Translations under genes and position numbers: made by a program | Notes under the pieces: model-generated | What the model was told of the DNA's origin: nothing | Database searches by the model: none | What the model saw: only the letters and a program-made list of their open reading frames with translations | Origin: Eledone cirrhosa | Lineage: Eukaryota | DNA: 64,000 nucleotides | Assembly (NCBI GenBank): GCA_964016885.1 | Contig: OZ024764.1 | Span: forward strand, 25,668,001 to 25,732,000 | Direction: 5' to 3' | Shown here: piece by piece, positions 28,381 to 41,410 of the stretch | Layout: each line of letters opens with the position of its first letter | Position numbering within the stretch: position 1 is the first letter of the stretch

Positions 28381-29161
28381 TCTATATATATAAAACTGTG
28401 GTTGTCTGTCTGTCTATCGATTTTTGGCACACATCTCCTCTTAGAATCTCTCACGGAATTGCACCGAAATTGCTATACTTGTACATTGAGCCCTAGCGAA
28501 GACATCGGAAAAAAAATATTTCAAATTGACCCACCCTATGTGACGAAATCGAATATAATGTATCGATTTTTGAGCGTAAGTTATCAGTTATTTCCCTTTG
28601 TTCTGTTTACATTGAGCGTCTTACGTAAAAAATTACGCTGGCTTTCTCAGCGTTCGAGCCAGCAAAATATTGACCTGCAAAATTCATCAGTTCGAACATT
28701 AAGCTTCCGTTTTGCTTCATTTCCATTTAAAAGCATTTTAAAACAATATTTTTACTTGAAAACAAGTCTATTTAAAGACTACGTAAAACAAGCAAATATT
28801 TCAGGCGTGCAGACAGACAGTCGTGCAGAGAGGTGATATAGGCGTGCAGACAGACATAACTGATAATTTGGTTACGCTAATGTTTTTCTCTGCGTTGCAG
28901 TGTTTACATTTTCGATCTTTGTTAATAAATAACCAGTGCAGTTTTTATCCCCAGCATCCTCTTTTGTTATAACATTCGGGTTATCGTTATGTTTTCTTAA
29001 CTTCATAAGGCATATTGTTGGTTGAGGGAATATTAATCAAAAACACCACATGCAAGTCTGCACAGTAGACACTACAGTTTTTAAGCCAAAAAAGAAACTT
29101 AACATTGTAACTTTAACACAGCTACTGAGCGACCCCGAGCAACGCCGGGCTTTACTGCTAG
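28381..29161 (+). mobile_element. Non-autonomous Helitron
   Basis: 5' A|TC start, 3' hairpin cccg-agcaacgc-cggg then CTAG|T; near-identical reverse copy at 47085-47974. Confidence 0.92.
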
Positions 29162-29330
29162 TCTACTATATAAATGGCAATTTCTGTCTGTCTGTGTGTA
29201 ACCAGTTGGCGTCTAAACCAGTGATCCGATCATGATGAAACTTTACACACATGTTAAGCTAATATTCAGGAACAGGATTAGCTAATTGGATCTCAATAAA
29301 AATCAATAATGTAACCCCGGGGGACATTAA
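29162..29330 (+). mobile_element. 5' end of a second Helitron family abutting the previous CTAG
   Basis: tctactatata...ctgtctgtctg head; right boundary uncertain. Confidence 0.55.
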
Positions 29331-29418
29331 ACCCTCCCTCCACTATTCCCCTTCCACCTCCCACAACTCAGTCCTCCAAAATGAGGCAACAACTTATTTG
29401 TTTTTTGTTCTTTATTCT

Positions 29419-29483
<65 letters not shown>

Positions 29484-30302
29484 TTAGGGAAGAGAAACAA
29501 AGGAAACAGAAAACCGATAGCATAGTTTGATAACTAACTTTTATTTATTTATTTTTTAAACGCTTAACTAATTCCTTTCTTAACGTTACTTCTCTTTTTC
29601 TCTCTCTCTTTCACAAAAGTCGTAATGAGACCACATCTGGCCAGAATTCTCTCACCGCTTTCTGTTCAAACTGGCTGTAACTGGCCACTCATACTGATGT
29701 TAAGGTATTATTCTCAAAATAAATAATATCAAAATCTCATAGATTCAATTTTATGTGAGATGAGGTAAATCTGTGAAGTAAAGCTTTTACCGTGATAATA
29801 CTATAATAAATATAGAGGGATGTAATTGCTAAAGCGTTAAAGATGGATTCCCTGGAATGGATGTCTGGATGACATTTTTTATATGAAACCATAACTAGAA
29901 ACAACTTGATACCAGCCCTATTGTCCAAAACTGTCTGTTGTGAAATCTTTATATTTATCTAAAAACCTTTCATCATAATTTCATATGATAACCTTTGTGG
30001 TTAGGGTATTCTGCTTCAGGTTGTGTCCTTGAGCATGCAACAATAACAACAACAGTATTATACATACATATACACACACTGAGAATAATATACAACATAC
30101 ACACACACATACACTAATACACACACATATATATATTCAGTATGGTCTACCCTTGGTGGTATGGTCCGTAGCATAGATAGAACTCAATGTAATCTGATGG
30201 CGAGTAATCCAGTGAAATCCATAGAAAGGTTCTGTGTTGCGCTGAGTTAATTCCTTAGATACACAGTCAGATATTAGGTATTAATTTAACAATGAAAATA
30301 AA

Positions 30303-30396
30303 AACAACAAAGTCGAGTTATTTTACCTATTCATTTCATTGTTTTATGATCATAAAACAATGAAATGAATAGGTAAAATAACTCGACTTTGTTGTT
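30303..30396. repeat. Perfect 94-bp loopless palindrome
   Basis: Centred at 30349/30350; imperfect extension to ~30271-30424. Confidence 0.95.
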
Positions 30397-30431
30397 ATTA
30401 TTTTGATTGTTAAATACCTAATATATATATA

Positions 30432-30598
30432 CCGTATTTCCCAGCGTCTAAGACGCTACCTTTTTCCTAAAATATGTCTAAAAAGTCTACCATGCGTCCT
30501 AGAGGCCGAAGATTGTTTATTACTTTTTTCAAATTTTTGGTTGTCAAAATTAGGGTGCGTCCTGGAGGACAAAGCGTCTTCGGTGCTGGGAAATACGG
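30432..30598. mobile_element. Tc1/mariner-type MITE
   Basis: TIRs ccgtatttcccagc / gctgggaaatacgg with TA on both sides. Confidence 0.85.
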
Positions 30599-30609
30599 TA
30601 TATAATCTC

Positions 30610-31332
30610 AGTGAACAGGGTGAATGCAAGAATCATTAAACTCAGGCTAGTCCTGAATAAAACAATTGCTACAATTATATCAGCTTACGCACCCCAATCT
30701 GGGTTGCCAGACGAACTTAAGGATAGGTTTTACGATTCCTTAATGCACACTACTGCCTTGACAAACAACAATGACTTACTAATCATTGCTGGAGACTTTA
30801 ACGGACACGTTGGGAAACACCGTGACGGCTTCTATATAGACCATGGAGGGTATGGGTTTGGCACAAGAATTGTTTCTAGGTTTCTAGAATTCTGTGACCC
30901 CAATGATATGTCGATATGTAACACAAACTTTAAAAAAAACGACAACCATCTGATCACCTATAGATTAGGGGAGCATTCTAGTCAGATAGATTTTATCCTC
31001 ATTAGAGCATGTGATAGATGAACGGTTGTAAACACAAAAGCTTTCCCTGGTGAGGAATGTACCTCCCAACATAACTGAGTTGTCAGCGAGCTCATTGGAG
31101 AGAAGTGTGTCCGAAATGATAAAGGTGAGTTTGCCCTCACAAGTGCTAAGAAGAAAGAAGCATGTGAAGAGCCATTATGAAAGATTACTAAATGAGGAGA
31201 ATGCTTGGGAAGAAGAGACCCTACCCCAAGTGGACCCTATAGAGGGACCAACCATACAAGTCAGCAACAGCGTAGTAAATAAGGCAATTAAAGATATGAA
31301 GGCTGGGAAGGCAACCGGTCCATCAGGTATAG
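30610..31332 (+). mobile_element. RTE LINE fragment (APE endonuclease joined by deletion to pre-RT region)
   Basis: SAYAPQ, AGDFNGHVG, SQIDFIL, then HYERLLNEEN...MKAGKATGPSGI. Confidence 0.85.
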
Positions 31333-32291
31333 AAGTCCCGTCAAGTGTAGAGGGAGGAGGAGAAGAGATATATTCAGAAAGAAAGATGATAGATTTAAAA
31401 TATTATGTTTCATCAGTTTATCAATTCATATGAATTAGGTATTATAATGTAAATATCAATATTCATGAATGAGACACATATCAATAATGTGTGAAAAAAT
31501 AATGACTATATGTTTAGTTTAAAAATTCTTAGGTTTATAATCAAAATCTGAGATAAAACTTCAAAAAAAAAATACTGAAATACATAAGTATATATGTATT
31601 TTCATGAAAAAAGAAAAAGAAAAAAGAGAAAGAAAAAAGAGAAGGTTATCTCAAATTCAAGTTGACATTATAGACATACATGTGAGTTTACGTGATCAGC
31701 TCTGTAAATTCTTATTTCACATGAAAATCTTCATTGCGTTACAAAAGATTCTACCATACATATATGTACATACATATATATATACATAAAATATACATTA
31801 TTAATAATAATATTCTTGCCCTCTCTTGCATGATTATCGTTCAAGCATAGAATAGACAACAGATATCAATATATTAAAAACGCCAAGAATATTTCACTCC
31901 CCAGAGTATCTAGGGCCGTAAGAAAACATAGTGTGCCCCGCATATCAACCACAGAAATCAACCCTTCCAATTTATTTGACAATATATTGCCAAGTTCATT
32001 AGAAGCAATCAGAATCAAAAGCAAACAAAACCAAAATTATTCAACAAAACTTATTTAGCAGAAATCATTCAAAAAAATTTAGGATACCCAGTTGTTCTAC
32101 AGATGCTCTTATATTTATTATAGAAGTTTATCTAGCTTAAAATTTATTCAATAGATTGGGAGCATCACCATTTTAAGGTAGTTTAATTACATCATTAATT
32201 ATATACTCATGAAGAAGGTTTAAAAAAATTGAAGGAATCGAAAGATTTATCGCCAAGTTTCATAAATAATTAAATATCTTAAGTAAATATA

Positions 32292-32580
32292 CTACATTTT
32301 AAATTTATATTTATATTTAAAAGTTGAGTTCAATCTATGTCTGCAGCAACTGAATAAATTGGTCCGTAAATTAAGGGAATTTTTAGATTTTAGTATAAAG
32401 AATATCTCCTCCGCGCAGAGGTCACATGTCTCAGAAGAGGAATTAAAAAAAATCCCTCTTGAGACTATATTCCAAACCATCGAATATCCAACGTTATCAT
32501 GTTTAAGTTGCCAGAGTAAGCCTGATAGTGATGTTGAAGATTTTTTGTTTGGATCCGAAGTTGTAAAGTTTAAGGTATGT
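32292..32580 (-). mobile_element. PLE GIY-YIG 3' fragment
   Basis: KKSSTSLS..W, CDLCAEE...CCRH. Confidence 0.75.
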
Positions 32581-32611
32581 CAAATTTATTTATAAAACTG
32601 TTTATATATTG

Positions 32612-32677
32612 TATTTTGTCTGAAGAGGGCATACCATATTTTTAATATGATATCCCTGAAATATATATAATGAAATA
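32612..32677 (+). ncRNA. Type I hammerhead ribozyme (same family as 12881)
   Basis: Stem I tattttgt/atgaaata; CTGAAGA; long stem II ggg..catat/atatg..ccc; GAAA; palindromic stem III atatatat. Confidence 0.7.
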
Positions 32678-32826
32678 AATATGGTTTTATAAATGTAGTT
32701 TCCATTTGTTTAATATCGTAAATATACTCCAAAACTTGTTGAGTGCTTTTATATCAGTTATAAAATATTTACTCGTTGTAACCCAACAATTTTAAATAAA
32801 ACTTTTGCATATATATATATATATAT

Positions 32827-35800
32827 TCGAGAATCTAATTGTAATACGTGACGTATTCTATTCTATAGCGATTAGGTCTTCAAAATGTTTATTATAAACA
32901 TACAGAATATTTTCGAATATTCTATGTCTATATTCACATATATATCGCTATTTCAGAGCATTTATTCCAATTTCTAATTTCTGCCGGACCGGCAACCGCT
33001 CTTTCAAACCAGTTCCTGTACACAGCTAAGTATTCTATAAGTCTCTAGCTGTGTCATTCTCGATAAAAGCACTGGATATGTAGTCCTGATGAATTCTAAC
33101 AAGAATGAAACGCGTAGATTACTTCCCTTTCTTTTATCGAGAATCTAATTGTAATACGTGACGTATTCTATTCTATAGCGATTAGGTCTTCAAAATGTTT
33201 ATTATAAACATACAGAATATTTTCGAATATTCTATGTCTATATTCACATATATATCGCTATTTCAGAGCATTTATTCCAATTTCTAATTTCTGCCGGACC
33301 GGCAACCGCTCTTTCAAACCAGTTCCTGTACACAGCTAAGTATTCTATAAGTCTCTAGCTGTGTCATTCTCGATAAAAGCACTGGATATGTAGTCCTGAT
33401 GAATTCTAACAAGAATGAAACGCGTAGATTACTTCCCTTTCTTTTATCGAGAATCTAATTGTAATACGTGACGTATTCTATTCTATAGCGATTAGGTCTT
33501 CAAAATGTTTATTATAAACATACAGAATATTTTCGAATATTCTATGTCTATATTCACATATATATCGCTATTTCAGAGCATTTATTCCAATTTCTAATTT
33601 CTGCTGGACCGGCAACCGCTCTTTCAAACCAGTTCCTGTACACAGCTAAGTATTCTATAAGTCTCTAGCTGTGTCATTCTCGATAAAAGCACTGGATATG
33701 TAGTCCTGATGAATTCTAACAAGAATGAAACGCGTAGATTACTTCCCTTTCTTTTATCGAGAATCTAATTGTAATACGTGACGTATTCTATTCTATAGCG
33801 ATTAGGTCTTCAAAATGTTTATTATAAACATACAGAATATTTTCGAATATTCTATGTCTATATTCACATATATATCGCTATTTCAGAGCATTTATTCCAA
33901 TTTCTAATTTCTGCCGGACCGGCAACCGCTCTTTCAAACCAGTTCCTGTACACAGCTAAGTATTCTATAAGTCTCTAGCTGTGTCATTCTCGATAAAAGC
34001 ACTGGATATGTAGTCCTGATGAATTCTAACAAGAATGAAACGCGTAGATTACTTCCCTTTCTTTTATCGAGAATCTAATTGTAATACGTGACGTATTCTA
34101 TTCTATAGCGATTAGGTCTTCAAAATGTTTATTATAAACATACAGAATATTTTCGAATATTCTATGTCTATATTCACATATATATCGCTATTTCAGAGCA
34201 TTTATTCCAATTTCTAATTTCTGCCGGACCGGCAACCGCTCTTTCAAACCAGTTCCTGTACACAGCTAAGTATTCTATAAGTCTCTAGCTGTGTCATTCT
34301 CGATAAAAGCACTGGATATGTAGTCCTGATGAATTCTAACAAGAATGAAACGCGTAGATTACTTCCCTTTCTTTTATCGAGAATCTAATTGTAATACGTG
34401 ACGTATTCTATTCTATAGCGATTAGGTCTTCAAAATGTTTATTATAAACATACAGAATATTTTCGAATATTCTATGTCTATATTCACATATATATCGCTA
34501 TTTCAGAGCATTTATTCCAATTTCTAATTTCTGCCGGACCGGCAACCGCTCTTTCAAACCAGTTCCTGTACACAGCTAAGTATTCTATAAGTCTCTAGCT
34601 GTGTCATTCTCGATAAAAGCACTGGATATGTAGTCCTGATGAATTCTAACAAGAATGAAACGCGTAGATTACTTCCCTTTCTTTTATCGAGAATCTAATT
34701 GTAATACGTGACGTATTCTATTCTATAGCGATTAGGTCTTCAAAATGTTTATTATAAACATACAGAATATTTTCGAATATTCTATGTCTATATTCACATA
34801 TATATCGCTATTTCAGAGCATTTATTCCAATTTCTAATGTCTGCCGGACCGGCAACCGCTCTTTCAAACCAGTTCCTGTACACAGCTAAGTATTCTATAA
34901 GTCTCTAGCTGTGTCATTCTCGATAAAAGCACTGGATATGTAGTCCTGATGAATTCTAACAAGAATGAAACGCGTAGATTACTTCCCTTTCTTTTATCGA
35001 GAATCTAATTGTAATACGTGACGTATTCTATTCTATAGCGATTAGGTCTTCAAAATGTTTATTATAAACATACAGAATATTTTCGAATATTCTATGTCTA
35101 TATTCACATATATATCGCTATTTCAGAGCATTTATTCCAATTTCTAATTTCTGCCGGACCGGCAACCGCTCTTTCAAACCAGTTCCTGTACACAGCTAAG
35201 TATTCTATAAGTCTCTAGCTGTGTCATTCTCGATAAAAGCACTGGATATGTAGTCCTGATGAATTCTAACAAGAATGAAACGCGTAGATTACTTCCCTTT
35301 CTTTTATCGAGAATCTAATTGTAATACGTGACGTATTCTATTCTATAGCGATTAGGTCTTCAAAATGTTTATTATAAACATACAGAATATTTTCGAATAT
35401 TCTATGTCTATATTCACATATATATCGCTATTTCAGAGCATTTATTCCAATTTCTAATTTCTGCCGGACCGGCAACCGCTCTTTCAAACCAGTTCCTGTA
35501 CACAGCTAAGTATTCTATAAGTCTCTAGCTGTGTCATTCTCGATAAAAGCACTGGATATGTAGTCCTGATGAATTCTAACAAGAATGAAACGCGTAGATT
35601 ACTTCCCTTTCTTTTATCGAGAATCTAATTGTAATACGTGACGTATTCTATTCTATAGCGATTAGGTCTTCAAAATGTTTATTATAAACATACAGAATAT
35701 TTTCGAATATTCTATGTCTATATTCACATATATATCGCTATTTCAGAGCATTTATTCCAATTTCTAATTTCTGCCGGACCGGCAACCGCTCTTTCAAACC

Positions 35801-37285
35801 AGTTCCTGTACACAGCTAAGTATTCTATAAGTCTCTAGCTGTGTCATTCTCGATAAAAGCACTGGATATGTAGTCCTGATGAATTCTAACAAGAATGAAA
35901 CGCGTAGATTACTTCCCTTTCTTTTATCGAGAATCTAATTGTAATACGTGACGTATTCTATTCTATAGCGATTAGGTCTTCAAAATGTTTATTATAAACA
36001 TACAGAATATTTTCGAATATTCTATGTCTATATTCACATATATATCGCTATTTCAGAGCATTTATTCCAATTTCTAATTTCTGCCGGACCGGCAACCGCT
36101 CTTTCAAACCAGTTCCTGTACACAGCTAAGTATTCTATAAGTCTCTAGCTGTGTCATTCTCGATAAAAGCACTGGATATGTAGTCCTGATGAATTCTAAC
36201 AAGAATGAAACGCGTAGATTACTTCCCTTTCTTTTATCGAGAATCTAATTGTAATACGTGACGTATTCTATTCTATAGCGATTAGGTCTTCAAAATGTTT
36301 ATTATAAACATACAGAATATTTTCGAATATTCTATGTCTATATTCACATATATATCGCTATTTCAGAGCATTTATTCCAATTTCTAATTTCTGCCGGACC
36401 GGCAACCGCTCTTTCAAACCAGTTCCTGTACACAGCTAAGTATTCTATAAGTCTCTAGCTGTGTCATTCTCGATAAAAGCACTGGATATGTAGTCCTGAT
36501 GAATTCTAACAAGAATGAAACGCGTAGATTACTTCCCTTTCTTTTATCGAGAATCTAATTGTAATACGTGACGTATTCTATTCTATAGCGATTAGGTCTT
36601 CAAAATGTTTATTATAAACATACAGAATATTTTCGAATATTCTATGTCTATATTCACATATATATCGCTATTTCAGAGCATTTATTCCAATTTCTAATTT
36701 CTGCCGGACCGGCAACCGCTCTTTCAAACCAGTTCCTGTACACAGCTAAGTATTCTATAAGTCTCTAGCTGTGTCATTCTCGATAAAAGCACTGGATATG
36801 TAGTCCTGATGAATTCTAACAAGAATGAAACGCGTAGATTACTTCCCTTTCTTTTATCGAGAATCTAATTGTAATACGTGACGTATTCTATTCTATAGCG
36901 ATTAGGTCTTCAAAATGTTTATTATAAACATACAGAATATTTTCGAATATTCTATGTCTATATTCACATATATATCGCTATTTCAGAGCATTTATTCCAA
37001 TTTCTAATTTCTGCCGGACCGGCAACCGCTCTTTCAAACCAGTTCCTGTACACAGCTAAGTATTCTATAAGTCTCTAGCTGTGTCATTCTCGATAAAAGC
37101 ACTGGATATGTAGTCCTGATGAATTCTAACAAGAATGAAACGCGTAGATTACTTCCCTTTCTTTTATCGAGAATCTAATTGTAATACGTGACGTATTCTA
37201 TTCTATAGCGATTAGGTCTTCAAAATGTTTATTATAAACATACAGAATATTTTCGAATATTCTATGTCTATATTCACATATATAT
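32827..37285 (+). mobile_element. Tandem array, 14.4 x 310 bp, one hammerhead per unit: candidate non-LTR retrozyme
   Basis: Exact 310-bp period (tcgagaat at 32827, 33137 ... 37167); only two substitutions noticed (33605, 34839); no ORF; flanked by (TA)n. Confidence 0.9.
33080..33122 (+). ncRNA. Minimal type I hammerhead ribozyme (first of 14; repeats every 310 bp to 37110-37152)
   Basis: gtagtc CTGATGA attc-taacaa-gaat GAAA cgcg TA gattac: stem I gtagtc/gattac, stem II attc/gaat, palindromic stem III acgcgt, GUA cleavage triplet (cut after 33116). Confidence 0.92.
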
Positions 37286-37791
37286 ATATATTTTTGTATA
37301 GTGGTAGCTATGGTGCTTCCGTAGGCGGTATTCCAAAATTAGCACTCGATATTGAAAGAACCCGCAGAAGTAGAATCACCCAGATCCATACAAGGACAAT
37401 GACTCGAGCTACATGCTGGCGAAACATTTGTAACACGAAATAAACTAAGTCCAGATGCATCACTGATTTTTCGTTTTCTTTATAATATATATATATATAT
37501 ATATAAAACATGAGAAGAAAGAAGAATACTGCGTGGTTGCACATGGGTTACATATGATGAAAATAGTCCTTCGTCAGTGATTTGCCAACCATCATTGATA
37601 TTTCATCGCATTAAAAGTCAGATACCTCAGGTTGGTGCGAGCAATAATCTAAAATAAAGTACCAGTAATGCACTGGGTAATTTCTGGCCTTGTGCCTAAA
37701 GTAGAAACAATTATATATATATATATATATACACCCACACACGCACATACATACACATACACACATACATATATGTGTACATATATACCCG

Positions 37792-37881
<90 letters not shown>

Positions 37882-38078
37882 TATACACATATATACACGT
37901 ACACAGACGCATATATATATATATATGCACACACGCACAATACAAGTTCGTTATACATGTAAAAAAGGCAAGAGGTACTTACATAACCATAGTACCGTGA
38001 GGCGGATAGAGAGAGGGTTTGGGTAGAGGGTAGGGTGGGATGGAGGGGGTATTTTGTCGAGTGGCGTTTTTTTGAAAA

Positions 38079-39730
38079 CTATCCATCTGGTAGCAAGACT
38101 GGATTGAAATATTTGTAAGTTGTAAAGCTTTTGTGCATGCAATTCAGGCAGTGTTCAGAGACTGTGTTCAGTGTTGGGCCCTTGCCAAATAGTATTTCGT
38201 AGCTCTCTGAAATACAAAGGTCACAACACTTGTGTCCTCCCATGTATGAGTGCGCTCTCTGGAGTAATTTCCATTTGAGCATGAAAGGGGTGGAGTTCCT
38301 CTTGAGGAACATAGGAGGCGAGTGTTGTCTGATTGGATTTGTCCGGTCTTCTGAACGAGTGGATATGGGCATAGCACCGGGTCTTAAAATTGTTGGAAGT
38401 CATTCCGATATAAGCCTTTTTGTTGTGGTCATCAGTTGCTGAGATGACATCACATTTATATACGATGTCATTCATCAGGCATTTGTTTTCGAGTGGACAA
38501 GCTTCCTTATTTTGGCAGTTACACAAAGCTCCCGTCCGGGGATGGGTTTCGGAGGTTAGGCTTATTTAATTTAGCAGTGTTGAGGTTGGCTATATTCCTA
38601 GCTACGTTAGGTGTAATGGAGTAGGAGAGTCTTATTATATTCTTATTAAAGATAGTGTAGAACCCATGTTGTGTGGGGAAGTGTTTATTCAGCAATTTGA
38701 AGAAAGTCCTAGCTATTGGTGTAGAAACCTCTCTGTTGACGGGGAGGGGTTGTACCAACTAATCTGCCTATGCCTATTTCTCCTAGGTAGTCTTGGGGTG
38801 GTTTCTAGATAAGTAATCCTTTCTTTAAAGCCACTGCGAACGAGGGAGTCATTGTAGTAAGGAGCAGAGGCACTAAAGATGTCTTCATTGGCTGAGAGAC
38901 CGGAAATTATAAGTGAGACACTTTTAACTAAATTATCTGTAATATTTTTGGGGTGGTTTGAACTAACATTTATGTATCTAAGGGATTCGTTATGTTTATG
39001 GTACGAGTGATAGAGGGAAGTATCTAAGTCTAGGGTGACATCTAAAAAGTTGGCCCTAGTCATATTTGATTCTATGGTTATTCTAAATACTAGATTACGG
39101 AATTAAGTTTTTCCGAAACCCATCAGTGGTTCTGGGGTTTACTTTGTGCAAAACAAAGAGGCCGTCATCTCGGTATAATCCTCCAGTTAGGCCTGTGAAG
39201 AGGTTCTTCAGGTGATGTAAGATGTACAGGTCCATGAGGTCACTCACTTAAGCCGAGTCACTTGCTCCCATGCTGACTTCAAATGGAGTCTCAGATTTCT
39301 TGTTAATTCAATAAAATCCCTCGTGGTGTAAAAAGGTCTTACAGGCGTGGAGGATCACATCCTGCTCAGCGTCAGTTATGGTGGTAAAATTCCTGGCAAA
39401 AGCAAGTGCATCCTTCAGTAGAGGCTCTGAGATAGAGGCATAGTAGTCTTCTATGTCGAGTTGCAGAAAGCGGGTGTAGCATTTATTGGACAATTCTTGG
39501 AACCAAGAGATTGCCTCGGAGGTTCTGTTCCAGAGTGGGAGGGGTGAGGCTGCATAGAGTTATGGTAGTACTCTATCAAGGATCTTTTTGCTGATAGAAT
39601 TGATGTCCAAACGTGGGGTTGAGCAGTCTGACTGGCGGTTTGTTAAGGAAGTTACCCTTGTGGTCCTTCAGAGTAAAGTGCTAGGACTTACTCTTAAAGG
39701 TTCAGTTTGGTCATCTAATTTAAGGGGCTT
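38079..39730 (-). mobile_element. Decayed Naiad-like Penelope element (RT + GIY-YIG)
   Basis: LKDHK, DIEDYYASI, GLYRDDG, NFLDVT, SNHP, CNCQNKEACPLENKC, YIG, CDLC. Confidence 0.92.
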
Positions 39731-40882
39731 TCATATCTCTTTTCCAACCACATTGGTCTCAGTCAAAGCCATCTCATTCACCTTTATACATATATATCCT
39801 CCCCAATTTCTTTAATATTACACATATATGTTCGGGCTTACTTCTCTACCCTTTTCGCCCGTTATCACATTGAACATTCACCCCTATATTCCTACGGCTC
39901 TCTTATGTTTAGAAACATGTACTCTAACAGCTACTACGTCTGTAGTACCAACAAAATACGCACACTCCACTTTTCCCTTCACAGCTCTCTGTACACACAC
40001 ACACTCCCTTATATTAACATACTTTTGCTCACAGCTTTGTACTTAAAAGCACACACACACTCTTTTACTTACATATACAACACATATCCTCCTAGCTTTG
40101 TGTGTAATAATACACACACACATATGCATACGCATCCGCACACGTATAGCTCTATATACAAAACGTTTTTTTCCATTTCAGGTAGACGCGCTCCATCATC
40201 CACATTTCTAAAAAAATATATCATACACAAAACACCAGCATCAACAGTTTTCCAAGAGATGTCAACATGAATTGTCTCCGATTTCGCCCCGCCCGTCCCT
40301 TCAATCTATCTTATTTCTCATTCTTTCTTCTGATGAAGGACTAGCTTCCGAAACGTTAACACCTTCTTCCTGCTATTTCAAGCGTTAACCTAATATATCC
40401 CTTCCATATACTGTACTGATTGTATTGTTATTTATGTTTACCTTTTACATACATATATCTATGAACACATACAACAAGAGTAGGCAGACGCAACAAATTA
40501 AACTTATTGTCTATAGATTTGTTCGTTAGTTCTCATTGTCAAAGAAGGAACAAATAGACAGACCCCCACCTCACCCAAATATAAAAGAAATATATAAATA
40601 TCTGCATTAGACACCCTCCCCCACCTTCTGCAAACCCTGCATATCCTCATATATATGTGTGTGTGTAGGTATATATATATATGTGTGTGTGTAGGTATGC
40701 ATATATAACACATACACACATATATATATATACATACACATACACAAATATATAACGAAGGAGGTGTGGTAAGGAACCAGATGGACCACAACGCACCAGA
40801 GTACTCAATACTTAGGGTAGTAGAGTGGGTAATAGGAAAATGTTTAACCCCGACGGCAGAGCTCAAGCCGTTTCGACGGCTA

Positions 40883-41251
40883 TTTCTCTTTGAAAAGGAA
40901 AATCAGGGTGGAGAGGAAAGTGCTCTCTTCTCAGCAATTTGTTGAAAGATGGGTGAGAGAGGCAAGCATGGCCCAGGTGAATGGGCCTGCTCTGAGTATG
41001 CGCCTGTCGATTGGAGGTGGAAAACTGGGAGAGGGCACTTTCCCTGGTGGTCAGGGTCACCGTGGCTTTTTTAATGGGCTTTCTCCACAAGTGAACCTCA
41101 GAAGTCCCCCCCCCCCCCTATTGTTTCTTTTTTTTTATTTCCTTTGTTACTGTCTTTTTCTTTACATGCAGAAATGCCCATTAGTACCGTCCTGTGCTGT
41201 CCTTAATGTTATACTTTATGTCAACCCTTGTGGTTAATAAAGAAAGAAAGC
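40883..41251 (+). mobile_element. L1/Tx1 3' end fragment
   Basis: LKRKIRVERKVL...RW matches the C-terminus at 41880-41980; aataaa plus (gaaa)n tail. Confidence 0.7.
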
Positions 41252-41410
41252 ATTATTATTCAATAAAGGAATCCTTATTATTATTACTGAGCTGCAGTCC
41301 TGGGTCAAGAAGAGACCAAGACTGGGTGACTGGCACCTGGAATGGTGCCAGCCACTCACTGCCCTCTACCAAGCAGGCAATGCGATCAGTGGAACTTCCG
41401 CTCTCAAGTT

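Noticed and set aside
40322-40365. ctgatga-agga..tcc-gaaacgtt hammerhead-like core
   Set aside because: Core and stem II are present but no stem I pairing was found; at best a decayed pLTR hammerhead
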